Shown here piece by piece: positions 13,238-26,077 of a stretch of DNA of 64,000 nucleotides. A program made the position numbers and the translations under genes. The notes under the pieces are model-generated. The model had not been told where the DNA came from. It saw only the letters and a list, made by a program, of their open reading frames with translations, and ran no database searches. The stretch's first letter is position 1. Each line of letters begins with the position of its first letter. Source of the stretch: Lama glama (Eukaryota); contig CM052816.1 in the NCBI GenBank assembly GCA_028534125.1, forward strand, positions 54,562,001-54,626,000, written 5' to 3'.

Positions 13238-14370
13238 CTAAAAGGAAAAAGTGAGTTTCGTTTAAAGAAAAAAAAACTAAACTAAATCTGTTATAATACT
13301 GTTTATTTAATAACGAAAAACTAGTAGTATTAGTATCCCATCTGCAGATTAACCAAAAGTCCAAATAAACTAATACAAATGGATCTTGGATTGTGATATA
13401 TCCTTTCAGCATTTTAGTAATTAAATCGACTAGGAAAATAAACCAAAATCCACAGATTATAGAAATGATACAGTTTAGATACTGAAAGAAACACTGAACA
13501 TCTTAATTTTTCAATAATTATTGTAACAGAATCCCAAATGCATAAATATTGTGAATTTCCAAAAGAACATAAGCTTATGCAAAGGAACAACCAAAGAACC
13601 CAAAATTTGTATTATTGTATAATGTGCCATACTCATTTTCATAATCCAGCATCAGAAAACAAAAAATTCACAATGAACATGTATAGCTGAGAAAAAAATG
13701 ATGTGAAAAAATTATTTCTTAGTAGTTCAAAGTATCTCAGTTTTCAAAGCCTCAGATGAGTAGGTTTAAAGCAAGACAGAAATCTTTGACAATGTTATTT
13801 ATTATAGAAAATGATATATACACAGATGATATATCAACAACCTAAGTAGGAAAGCAAACACATCAACCAATAACTTTTAATACCTTGGCTTATTATTTTT
13901 TCTACGTTGCTATTTTATAACAGAGTTTAACCGTGGGTAACTTTCTCATATCAGTAAATAGATGTTAAAGGAAAACCAATCTTAATTTAATTATGTCACA
14001 ATTACTCCTCTGAAGGACACCTAGCTACCACTGCAGTGCTGCTTCAAAAGTCTATAAACTGGATTAGCAAAAACAGAGCTAAAGATGATCATTCCTGAAA
14101 AGAAAGTAACCTAATGCTATAATAGCACAGCTGAATTATTATATCAAAAAATCAACTACAATCATAATCTACTAGCCTGGGTCTCAAATTTCAAATACAT
14201 GTCATTTCTTAGGCTCATTTCATAATATTAACTAAAGTATAAATGTATCACAGCAGAGTATTCAATCAATTAGATATGAAGCTGGTAGCTAATTGATACT
14301 TTTTTAGAACACTTCAGTGAATTAAGGAGAAAAGTTATCATGCCCACATGTAACAGTAAGTTTCACATAC

Positions 14371-14536
14371 CAAAAGGTTCATCTTTCTTATCAAGACGAA
14401 GGTGAGCTCTAACCTGCCCTGGTTCACAGCCATCACAGGTATCACTGCCAGGGTGAATGTGAAAGGACAACACAGTCTCTCCAATTTTCACTTCATCTCC
14501 ATGCTCGAGTACATATGGGTCACATTTAGTTTTAGG
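14371..14536 (-). CDS. AGGF1: AGGF1 exon 10 (end of FHA)
   Basis: PKTKCDPYVLEHGDEVKIGETVLSFHIHPGSDTCDGCEPGQVRAHLRLDKKDEPF; 166 nt. Confidence 0.97.
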
Positions 14537-15416
14537 CTAAAGGGGAAAAAATTACAAAACAGAAATCCAAGAGTTAAATATGACTATTTTATTTTATATC
14601 TACTGTTAAGTAATGTCTGATTGTAACAAAAAAAACATTTGAGACAGTTCTCAATAAGAGACATATACACACACGCTCACATTTCCACAACTTAAGGATG
14701 ATGCATAATGTTCTACCAGTGGAGAAGACACCTGAACTGAGTAACTTTTAATTTTTATATTATCACAATCTACTTATCTCCCTATCTCCATGCCCAATCC
14801 CATCAGAGAAATACCCAATCCAAACTTCAAACAACCTGTTACCAAAACAAGTACTCATCATAGTCAAAAAGATGAAGTGTTAAGAGAATAAGTGCATCAT
14901 ATTTCCCTTTTCCCCTCTTCTTCTCTCTGGTTAATTTAGGGTTTTTAAAATTCTTAGAGAGTAAAAATAAGACTTCCCTCCTTCCATTCCATACATTATC
15001 TTATTACGTGCTAAGCACTTTGCCACATGTTGGAGATAGAAGTTACCTGAACAAAGTTCCTGTCTTCAAGGAGTTTCCCGTTTAACATTTCCATTAAAAG
15101 TTTTAAAAAAGCCACATACACAAAAACAGCCCCTAACATTGCAATAAGAACTTTTACTCTGAATCACTTTAAAATGCATTTATCTCTAAAAATAAGGGGT
15201 AGATATGTAATTAGAAGTCAAAACTCAACAGTCTAGTACTCACTTACTGTATACTTTTTTTAGCCCTTTCTAAGAATTCTCTTCCACATAACACATTTGG
15301 GCTTGAACACCAATCTGAACTAAACAATATGTATAATAACTATGGCCCTCAGGGATAAAAAGTTTCAGTTCAGTTTTTTAAAATAATGTGCAAGTATTTA
15401 ATTACTATACACTCAC

Positions 15417-15518
15417 CTGAAGAATCTGTTTTCCATTAACAATTGTACCATTTTGACTGCCTTGATCCACAAGGACATAACTTTGTAAATCATGGTCAAA
15501 ATAAATTTCTGCATGAAA
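15417..15518 (-). CDS. AGGF1: AGGF1 exon 9 (FHA)
   Basis: FHAEIYFDHDLQSYVLVDQGSQNGTIVNGKQILQ, FHA D-x-G-S-x-N-G-T motif; donor CAG|GTGAGT; 102 nt. Confidence 0.97.
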
Positions 15519-16182
15519 CTTAAAAAAAGAAACCAGGTAATTATAAAGTATTACATATTTTTTTAAACCACAGATTAAGAATTTCTCTATGATAGGATGC
15601 AATAGATTTTAATCTCCGATAATTCAACTTTCACTATTTTTAACACACTTGATTCTGAACACAAAAGTATTATAATGCTTTTGGTAGAAATGTGAGGGCT
15701 ATAGGAGAAAAGGTTACCTATAATTCCACCTATAATTATCATTAATAATTCAGTGTGTGTCCTACCTTTTCTACTTGTATAATATAGTTGAGATTATACA
15801 ATACATACAATCTGAAATAATTTTTTCACCTAAGTATTTCTCCATGTCATTACAAACTCTTCTTAATACAAAAGGTGATCTGAGGCATTCAAGGTCATCT
15901 TCTCAGAGAAGTTTTCCAGATTCCAGTACTCAGGACTAATCACTCCCTTCTGTTTCACAGCACTTTGTTTATATAACACTTATATGAAGTTACTGCATAT
16001 ATGATGCTACTGCATATGTAAATGTCACTGTACTGCTTACAATCATTGCTTACAGTAGTTTACAATTTGCTTACCACTTAGTACATAATATAGTGCCTCA
16101 CATATATTGGGCATATGTTCAATATGTCTACTTATACTGGATAAAAAGTTGCAGAAATATTTACTTTAAAATTTCACAGCAG

Positions 16183-16330
16183 CGAGGGTATAGCTCAGTG
16201 GTAGAGAGCACGCCTAGCATGCATGAGGTCCCAGGTTCAATCCCTGGCACCTCCACCAAAAGTAATAAATAGATAGATAAACCTATTACCTCCCCCAACA
16301 CAAAAAATTTAAAAAAAAAATAAAATTTAA
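16183..16330 (+). mobile_element. tRNA-derived SINE (Vic-1-like)
   Basis: GAGGGTATAGCTCAGTGGTAGAG A-box, GGTTCAATCCC B-box, AATAAA-rich body, A tail. Confidence 0.9.
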
Positions 16331-16344
16331 AAATTTTCATAAAC

Positions 16345-16990
16345 AATACACTGTTGGTGGGAATGTAGAACTGTGCAGCTGCCTTTGGGGGTTGGGGGGA
16401 TCTGACAGTTCCTCAATAGGTTAAAGAGAGTTACCATATGACTCAATAATTCTACTCCAAGGTTGATATCAAGAGAAATGAAAACATATATCCAAACAAA
16501 AACTTGTACAAGGATGTGCACAGCAGCATTATTCTTAATAACCAAAAATTTGGAACAATTCAAATATCCATCAATTGATGAACAGATAAACAAAATATAC
16601 TACATCTGAACAACAGAACATTATTTGGCAGTAAAAAGAAGTGAAATACTGATGCATGCTACAACATGGACGAATCCTGAAGACATGCTAAATGAAAAAG
16701 TTACTTACAAAAGAATACATACTATATGATTTGATTTATATGAAATGTGCAGAACAGGCAAATCCATAGACACAGGAAGTAGACTGATGGTTGCCTAGAG
16801 CTACAGGGGTTAGGAGGAAACAGGGAGAGACTACTATTAAGTATGATTTTTTTTTTCATGGTGATGAAAATGTCCTAAAACTGACTGTAGTGACGGTTGT
16901 ATAACTGTGAATAAACTAAAAACCTCTGAGTTATGCACTTTAAATGGGTAAACCATATATGGTATATAAACTGTACCTCAATAAAGCTGT
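16345..16990 (+). mobile_element. L1 (L1MB-like) 3' end
   Basis: tgttggtgggaatgtagaact...aaacttgtacaaggatg...ctcaataaagctgtt terminus. Confidence 0.85.
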
Positions 16991-17049
16991 TTAAAGGATT
17001 CCATAAAGGTATTACAAAATGTTTTGAACACACAAAATATATTTAACCT

Positions 17050-17975
17050 GTCTACCCATAACACAGCTTTAATAAATTTTGCCATATTTGCCTCAGATAT
17101 TTAAAAGAAAATAAATTATTATTCATCAATGTGTACCTCACTCTGTCTATCCCTCACCCTTTCTTTCAGAGGTTTGATGTTTATTTTAATCATGATGCAA
17201 CTCTTTATGCTTTTACCACATAATGTATGTATCCATAAAAAATGTTTATTTTGTCTAGTTTGGAATTTGATATAAGTGGAAAACATACTATGTGAATTTT
17301 GTATTGAGATGTAATTTATAGACAGGAAATTCATGGGTCTAAATGTACAGCTTGATGAATTCTGACAAATGTATACTACAGAATATATTTCATTTATTTT
17401 GCTTCTTTGACTTAACATGATGTTGTGAGGTATACCCAGCTGTTGCGCACAGCTGTGCTATTTTGCTGAATGGTAATACATTATATTGTAGTACCATAAT
17501 CTACATATACTTCTGATGACAACATCTAGGTTTCTTCTAAGGTTTTACTATTTTTTTAAATGCTGCTATGAACATTCTTGTACATGCATCCTTCTTGTGG
17601 ACATGCCAAGTGTTTCTCTGGGGTATACACTTAGAAATGAAATTGCTAAGCCATAGGACATGCAAGCCTTAAACTTTATTAGAAAAGGCCATATGATTTT
17701 CCAAAGTGGTTGTACCAATTTATATTCCCAACAACAGTCTGTAAAAATTCTTAGTTACACTGTATAGTCTTAACCAACACTTGGTATTGTCAGAATTTTT
17801 CATTTTTAAAAGCCTAATGGGTATGAAATGAAATCTCATCACTGTAATTATAATTTGCGTTTTTCTGATTACTGCTGAGGCTGAAACCTTTTTTTATATT
17901 AGCCATTTGGATTTCCTCTGCTGTCAATTTTCTCTTCATGTCCACCATACATTTTTTTTCAATTGGGTTGTTTAG
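17050..17975 (-). mobile_element. Old L1 (L1ME-like) fragment
   Basis: gctgctatgaacattcttgtacatg, ttccaaagtggttgtaccaatttatattccca. Confidence 0.75.
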
Positions 17976-19569
17976 AATGACAACTGTATCAAAGGATTTA
18001 CTCCAAAGAGCTGTTCTAAATTATGCCCTCAACAGGAATGATATTTAATAAATATCATTTATTTAATATAATGAATAAAAACTGACATCTTGGTTTCACT
18101 TGTATTTCTTAAATTACTATAAATACTGAATGATTTTCAAATGTTAACCATATTTCCTCTACTGTGAACTGCTTATTTATGTTCTTCACTCATTCATCTT
18201 TTGGTGTCACAGTGGGTTTGAAAACTAAATTTGCATGAGCTTTTAAAATATAAAGGAGATTTATTTTGTCAAATCTGTCCTGACTGTCCTAGTTTGCCTT
18301 TTAAATTTGTTTCTTAATATATAAAGAACTTCAGGCTTAAATTATTCAAAATTACCTTGTCTTCTGTGATTCTCACCCACATCCCCCAGTTTTTTTTAAA
18401 CTTAGAAGATCCTCTCCTACTCACTGGTTAAAAATTTGTTTGTCTTTCCTATAATATTAAGTGTGTGTGTAGAGGGTTAATTTAATTTTTTGCTATACCT
18501 GGGTATGTGTGATAATATACTGTCAAACTGATTTCACACAGCTAACAAATTATCTACCCCACCAGATGTTTGTTTAAAAGAAAGAAAAAACAGAAATGCC
18601 ACCAGAGAACTACCTATTTTTTAGACTGGTGTGGAGAAATTTCCTATTTAAGTTACAGACTGGGTTTTCTTTGGATGCAGAAGAATCAAGGGTCATAGGA
18701 AAGTTTTAAAAAAGTAAGATAATTAAGTCAGAGTTAAGATTATGAGGATTTCCCTCCCTCTAAATGAGCTGAAATAAAGTAAAAATAATTATACTTTCAA
18801 ACTAGTAAGAGGAAACAGGTTCCATCCCCAAAAGCCAAAAAAATCACAGTATGTATTTTAGAATCATTTTAGAGTCTTTTTAATAGAAACAAAATGGGGA
18901 TGATGAAAGGCCAAAAAAGAAAAAGCGAAAAGATAACAGTCATAAAAGGAATGGGTAAAATTACAGAAAATATAATAAGGAAATAAGATAAGTATGAAGT
19001 ATCCAGAGTTTTGGCAGCTAAACCTTTAGTTTTTTTCTATTTATAACTTAAGCTGCAACTCTGTTCTTGTAATTTATTTTGGAAAACCCAATTTTTCTTT
19101 TTCCTGAAACCATTAGAGATTCAACTAGGAAAAGCTATAAAATGGAGAGCCCTGGATGGTAGAAGACAGACTGTTCCTGAATTGTAAAATACTCTGGACT
19201 CAAAGTAACCATGCACTAAAGTAGCCTGAATCTAGGACTGATTTATTTTTGAACTGCCATAATATCTAGCATATGTATTTCACTCAATAAATATTTGTTA
19301 AATGAGTATTACCTTAATACTTAAATTAATACACACTTTCTACTCCTGCCCCAGACTGTTAAAAATTAAACATAATTTAGTTCATCCAAATTGTGATAAA
19401 GAATTTTTATTTTCTCAAGCAGTGGAATAAACAAATCTGCATTGCTTTCAGTTCCATTACCATACTATTAACCTTTCTTTTTAATGGCAAAATCCCTCAG
19501 CTTTCTGCCATAATAATGATTTATAAAAATCACATTACGGGGCTCTATATGAAAATTCTAAGAGCTTAC

Positions 19570-19621
19570 CTTACTGACACCAACTTCAGGAATTCGGAGA
19601 GTATGCTCCATATCTTTTTCC
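19570..19621 (-). CDS. AGGF1: AGGF1 exon 8 (FHA)
   Basis: (R)EKDMEHTLRIPEVGVSK; acceptor CTCTGCAG, donor AAG|GTAAG; 52 nt. Confidence 0.96.
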
Positions 19622-19735
19622 CTGCAGAGTTAAGTAAAACGTCTTTAATAATTTTTGAAGCATATATAAATGGTGCACTTACAGTGACACAGAATTTTTT
19701 TTAAAAGATAATTTTTTTTTTGTTTTAAAAGATGT

Positions 19736-20046
19736 TAGAAATAGACTCACAGACATAGAAAACAAACTGTGGTTGCCAGGGAGGAAAGAAGGGAGGGATA
19801 GACTGGGAGTTTGGGACTGACAGATACACATTACTATATGTGAAGTGGATAAACAACAAGGACTTACTGTAAAGCACAGGGAACTATATTCAATTTCTTA
19901 TAATGAGCCATAATGAAAAAGAAACCGAAAATACATAGATATATGTATGTATATGTATAATTGAATCATTTTGCTGTACACCTGAAGCTAACACTGTAAA
20001 CTGACTACACTTCAATAAAAAAAACTTTTTAAAGGAAAAAAAAAAA
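19736..20046 (+). mobile_element. Cetartiodactyl-type L1 3' end with A tail
   Basis: agactcacagacatagaaaacaaact...gcacagggaactatattcaa...ctgactacacttcaataaaaaaaa. Confidence 0.88.
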
Positions 20047-20689
20047 GGAAACATTAAACTACAAGTCTCTCTACCACACTAAATCTGGCTTCCATAATTC
20101 TACTCTAAATTTCCTATTTAAAAGGAGGTTCCAAATTACTTTCATTCTTTGGTACACCTGTCAGAGGCTAATAAACATCCAATGGGATAAAATATTCTTT
20201 TTACTAATGTCAATCATTTATTCCAGATCTATTGACTATGTTTCCACTTCTATTACTACATGTAAGAGGAGTATACTATTCTCCAAGAATTCAAAATTAA
20301 GATAGCATATGGAATCTGAATTAACAATACATTATCTTTCCAGTTGGGAAGAAAGGAAGTTATTCTATTCATGATTAAAACCTACCTCTCTCCAAGCTGG
20401 TTATGATTTACAAAGGGGTAAAGGAGAAGAATCAGTGAAGGCCAATACTGGGAATAAGTAATTTAAACCTAAAAAGGGCAGTATGAAAAGTAAGAAAATA
20501 ACAAAATCTCTGTAGACGGTATCACCAATGGGGACAATGATATCTCCAATATCTCCAACTGACTTCCAAAAGCAAGTAACAAAAGGTTAAGTGTCAGTAG
20601 TATTTTCTGTGTGGCAGAGAGAGGGATGTGGGTGTTATCTTTTGGCTACTGAACAAGTACCATGCACATTTAATGATTAACTGCTCAAG

Positions 20690-20868
20690 GGGAGAAGGGT
20701 ATAGCTCAGTGGTAAAGCACATGCTTAGCATGCATGAAGTCCTGGGTTCAATCCCCAGTATCCTCATTAAAAAATAAATAAGTAAATAAATAACTTAATT
20801 AACCCCCCCCAAAAAAACCCAAATAAAAAATGTAATTAAAAAGTGAAAATGAAATTAAAAAAGAAATT
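20690..20868 (+). mobile_element. tRNA-derived SINE (Vic-1-like) with 14-bp TSD
   Basis: Same A/B-box head; perfect TSD ATTAACTGCTCAAG at 20676-20689 and 20869-20882. Confidence 0.93.
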
Positions 20869-20940
20869 ATTAACTGCTCAAGAAAAGTACAAACCACTGG
20901 AATAAGACAAATACACAAATACAATATTAAACACTTTTAC

Positions 20941-21052
20941 CTTCCAATTGTAGCAGGGTTTACAGCTGTAATAATAAAAAGTGATCCTGTCTGCAATACA
21001 GGTGATCTAATAACAATTACTCTAATACATGGGGGCCAAATCTTTTCTTCAT
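20941..21052 (-). CDS. AGGF1: AGGF1 exon 7 (start of FHA region)
   Basis: (D)EEKIWPPCIRVIVIRSPVLQTGSLFIITAVNPATIG(R); 112 nt; GT-AG flanks. Confidence 0.96.
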
Positions 21053-21789
21053 CTGCCAAAGAAACATATGGGTAAATATTAATTCAAATGGTATGGAAAA
21101 AATTAGAAATGTCTAGGGATGAGAAGGCTAAGTCATCCATAAAATAAAACATACTGATCAAAACTCTTTTCTGTTTAAAACAACCTTCTTGAATTCTGCT
21201 AATGACATAAACAATGAGTAAGACAGTAAGCAAGAAAATGCTCAACCTAAAGATATTAACATCTACCACACTGTAAAATAATCAACTCTCTCTCAAGGTC
21301 TTAGAATTTGAAAATACCCCCAAAAAGCATTGTTATACTAAGTAAGAAAAACTGAGTCTGCCCTTAAAAAAAAATTTGACAGACATTCCTTAACAACAGA
21401 ATAAGCTTATACACACTAATATGAAATCCTGGGTTTTAAAAGTATGTCTCTATATCATCAAATAAAATAAATAAAATTTGCCATAATATCTATGTAGCTG
21501 AATTTATGGACTACTTCTAAAGGCAATTTGCTTTCCCTCCTTCAATTACAAAAGTAGATGACAAATATCTAATCCACTAAAATAGACTTAATACACATTT
21601 TAGGATTAGAGAGTAGGTAACTTGTGTTCTACTGATTAGACCATCCAATGCACTGAAAGGTCCAAGTACTAAACTAAATCAGCTCACTTTTTGGCAGATA
21701 TGGGTCACTAACATTTGTAACTATGTTGCACTTTTATAATGACTAGACTGGGTTATATATGTAAAACTAAACAATGGTGATTTACTCAC

Positions 21790-22120
21790 CTTCATCTTCA
21801 GTATCTTCTGCAGTTACACTGTCTTCACTGGTAATGTCTTCATCGTAACTGTCCTCAGTCTGAGAGTCTGTTATTTCACCTTCTTCTGGCTCGCTATCAG
21901 TGTCTATGATTTTCTTATCTTTAAATGAAGCCGAATTATAAATGTTTTCATTAAGAGGAGATTCTGTAGTCTTTGTGCTAACTGGAACAGTAAACACGGG
22001 GGAGCCGTTTTTGTAATGAATATTTATTTTGGCCTTCTTTTTCACATTTGCAAAATCTTCTCCTTCAATACAGCTTATATGGTCAATACTGGATGTTTTT
22101 TGATCTTCTGAATTCAAATT
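21790..22120 (-). CDS. AGGF1: AGGF1 exon 6 (acidic linker)
   Basis: NLNSEDQK...DSEPEEGEITDSQTEDSYDEDITSEDSVTAEDTEDE; acceptor CTCTTTCCAG, donor G|GTGAGT; 331 nt; matches ORF 21782..22117. Confidence 0.96.
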
Positions 22121-22482
22121 CTGGAAAGAGGTGGGAAGAAGAGAGAATAATCTTAAACATGACCATCATATAATGTTTAATGTTAAATGTTACAATGAGT
22201 TAGTGAAAATGTATGTACAGTGAAATAACAATAGCTATTATCTCTACTGCCTCTTCCTCTCATGTTCCCTTTCTCATTTAATGATGCTACCATCCATTTA
22301 CCCAAGTCAAAGTCTGACATGCCCTTAAACACAACATTGGTGCCCTTAAACACCAATTACCAAGTGCTATAGACTATGTTTACAATTTATCCCAATTATC
22401 TCCCCTTATCTATTCTCAATATCTTAACTGTCTCTGTCTAGTACCTCATCACATATTGCTTGGACTATGTGACAGCGTAGAT

Positions 22483-22791
22483 CAATGCTGTCCAATAAAA
22501 ATATAATGCAAGCTATATTTGTACTCTAAAATTTTCCAGTAGGCACATTACAAAGGTAAAATGAAGCAGGTAATCCATTGTGTTATTTTATCTAACCCAG
22601 TATTTATAAAATATAATTATATACATAAATTAATATTTAATCAATATAAAATTATTAAGGAAATATTTTACATGGATTTTCTGTACTAAGTCTTCATAAC
22701 TGAGTGTAGTTTACACTTACAAAATATCTTAATTAGGACCAGCTGTATTTCAAGCATTCAATAGCCACATGTAGCTGACTGAACAACGCAG
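22483..22791. mobile_element. MER33 (hAT-Charlie)
   Basis: caatgctgtccaataaaaatataatgcaagc...caatagccacatgtagct...aacgcag; 8-bp TSD-like gcgtagat/gcctagag. Confidence 0.85.
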
Positions 22792-24178
22792 GCCTAGAGA
22801 ATACAACTAAACCTAAATTTTCTTTTTGAACTTTGAATCAATTATCAAGTCAACATACATAACATAAAAGTGGCTTTAATTAAGGCAGGGATTTAAAGAT
22901 CCAAATATACCTAATGTAGCAGAACTGAAGTTTTGCTAAAATTTAATACTTTATAGAGTTGGTCTGACGATACACAAAAAGTACAGCTGAATCAGTTACA
23001 TCTTTTATTCTAAGATTCTAACATATCTGGCATAAGCCTTTTATAATTTATTATATATGCTTATCGGGCATGCCTTAGGACAAATGAACAAATCTATTAC
23101 TTTAACCTTAGAAGAAAGTTATTTTCCTCTGGTGTAGAGCACACTCTGAATTTTCTTTCTGCCTCAGAGCAACATGATCAAGTATATTCATATGTTCTAT
23201 TATTTTATAAAATAAGAGAGCATCTTAAACACATATTTTTAATAGCAGTATAAATTCAGTTTGGAGTCTGGCTAAACACTCAGACAGCGTGATAAACTGG
23301 ATGTAATTTCAGCAGCACGAACTCACCAAGGACAAGAACAAGGGCAAGAACTAAAAAACTCTGAGGAACTTTAAAGCCATTGTGAATTACAGCCAAAAAA
23401 TTTCCCTATCTAAATATACCTTTTAAAAAAAGCAGTTTCCAATCTTGTATATTTTATTATTACTACCTACAGAACAACACATGCAGAGGAAAAATAAGTG
23501 AAATTGCAAGAGGTGTTACTTTTTAAAAACTATCTGTCAGTCTAGAACATTAGATAAATATTCATTAAAATATAAGAAACGCCTAGGGCCTACATGTAGG
23601 CATTTAGGTATATACACATATTTCAAGTTACTTATTCCAATCTCCTCACCCTACCTCCTTTCTTCCACATATTCTATGCTTCTAAAAAGTAAGGCTCAAA
23701 AATATCTTAAAACTAAAGAAAAAGATAAGGATGTCCTAACCAGTCTCTGCCCACGTTTCACAGCTACGTCTGAGAATCCTTAGGGACTTCTCAAAATTCC
23801 ATCAGGTATTTTCTTAAGTCCCTGTCCTGAATTTAACATATTTTTGAAGAAGGATGGTAAAGATGAACAATTATAGGAGCTAAGCTGGACCAAAATCTCA
23901 CAGAATGCTTTCAAATTTCATTCTCTAGCTTGTCAGGAACAGTCATTTGAGGACCTCAATATGTTCTTTTCTTTGTTAGAGAAAAATAGTTCCATAATGT
24001 ATCCTTTCTAACAGTTCAACCACTGGTAACAGATATGAGTCATTAAAACAGGTTTTAAAGCAAAAAATCACCTTTAGTATTTTAGTTACATACTCTTCAA
24101 TGCCCAGGTATTGTCAGTGAAAATAATAGAGAAATAAAAACAAATCAAATAGAGAATTGAGATAAAACTTCAAGAATA

Positions 24179-24744
24179 GGGGAGGTAGCCAAGATGGCAA
24201 AGTAGAAAGACCCTGAACCCACCTCCTCCCATAAACAAACCAAAATTACAACTACTCACACAGCAACTACCTATGAGAATAACCTGAACATTAGCAGAAA
24301 AGATTTCCCAAACTAAAGACATAAAGAAGGAACTACATGAGATGGGTAGGAGGCATAGAGACCCACACCCCTGGGTACTCCCTTCCACACTGTGAACTGT
24401 GCTCTGGTGGTTAAAAAAAGACAAGATTATCAAGCGTTCTGTATTAACAGTGTGGATGCAGAAAATTTTTTCAGATGGATAAAATGTTTATGGTACAGAG
24501 GTAAAGTTTCCTATGCAAAAAATTGTGTACAACTTTCTATGCAATACTGATTCTCATCTGGCATATTCTAATCAGGCTGTAGGCCAATAAAGTTTTTGGA
24601 TTACTTAATTAGTAATATCAAAACCTGTTAAAAAATAAAAAAATGGAAAGAATATCACAGTGACAGAGGTCCTTCCCAAGGAGCAATGAATCTGAACCCC
24701 CAGTGGGGCTCCCCATCGTGGGAGATCCTACACTAGAAAGAAAG

Positions 24745-24779
<35 letters not shown>

Positions 24780-25230
24780 ATGGAATATTACTCAGCTATT
24801 AAAAATGAAATGTTACCATCTGCAACAACAAGGATGACCCTAGAGGGTATTATGCTAAGTGAAATAAGTCAGACAGAGAAAGACAAATACCTAATGAACT
24901 CACCTGCATATGCAATCAAAAAAACAAAAGGAAAACAAACTCAGAGAACAAATGCATGGTTGCCAGAGGGAGGGAGTTGGAGGTGGAGGCAAAAGAGATA
25001 AAAGGGATTAGGAGGTACAAATCTTCAGTTATAAAATAAATTAGCCGTGGGAATGTAACATACAGCATAAGGAATATGGTCAGTAATACTGTAATAACTT
25101 TTTATGTGGCTACACGACGGTTACTATACCTACCATGGTGATCATTTCATAACACATATAAAAGTCAAATCACTAAGTAGTACACCTAAAACTAATGTAA
25201 TATTGCACATAACTATACTTCAAAAAAAAT
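24179..25230 (+). mobile_element. Composite L1: 5'UTR-like segment (interrupted), (CA)n, then L1MA-like 3' end
   Basis: ggaggtagccaagatggc start; 3' part MEYYSAIKNEMLPSATTRMTLEGIMLSEISQTEKDKY (L1 ORF2 C-terminus) and A tail at ~25222. Confidence 0.75.
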
Positions 25231-25479
25231 TAAAAGTTAAGTATTTAATAGTTGCCAAACTTCACGAAATGCCAATATAGTAAATAAGCCTCCTTTCCTA
25301 CCTATAAACCACCAACCTTATTCTGTTTAAGGAGCAGAAATAAAAGCCTTGATAAAATTTTATTTTCCTTCTTTAAATTTAACATTGTATCATAAGCATT
25401 TAAAGAGTTCCCCTCAGTCAGTATAAACACTACAATTTTAAGGCCTAAATGATGCTTTTTTAATTAAATGTACTATCAT

Positions 25480-26077
25480 TTTCTTTTTTCCTTCCATTTT
25501 TATTAAGATATAAGTAACTGACATATAGCACTGTAGAAGCTTAAGGTGTACAGCACAATGATTTGACATACATCAAAAATGACTACCTCAACTAGTTTAG
25601 TGAATATCCATCATCTCATAATGATAAAAAATAAAATAAAGAGAAAAAATTTTCCGTGACAAGAACTCTTAGATTTACTCTCTAAATAACTTCCATATAT
25701 AGCATACAGCAGTATTCATTACGTTTATCATGTTGTATACTACATTCCTAGTACTTATTTATCCTATAACTGGAAGTTTGTACCTTTTGACTACCTTCAT
25801 CCAATTACCCCTCCCCACCACCCCCAGCTAGAGTAACCACAAATCTGGTATCTTTTTCTATGAGTTTCTTTGTTTTTGAAGTTATCACTGACCTATAACA
25901 CTATGTTAGTTCCTGGTGCACAATATAGTGGTTTGATATTTCTATACATTACAAAATGATCACAATGTCAAGTCTAGTTACCATCTGTTTCTACACCAAG
26001 ATATTATGTTATTATTCACTATAGTCACCACACTGTACATTTCATCCCTGTGACTCATTTATTTTGTAACTGGAAGT
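25480..26077 (-). mobile_element. L1 3' end (5'-truncated) with 16-bp TSD
   Basis: TSD ttaaatgtactatcat (25464-25479) / ttaaatgtactttcat (26078-26093); T-rich tail at left. Confidence 0.88.

Noticed and set aside
16183..16256. tRNA genes at the four tRNA-like heads (16183, 20690, 43340, 60727)
   Set aside because: Copies diverge from each other, have imperfect stems, and continue into A tails with TSDs; they are SINEs
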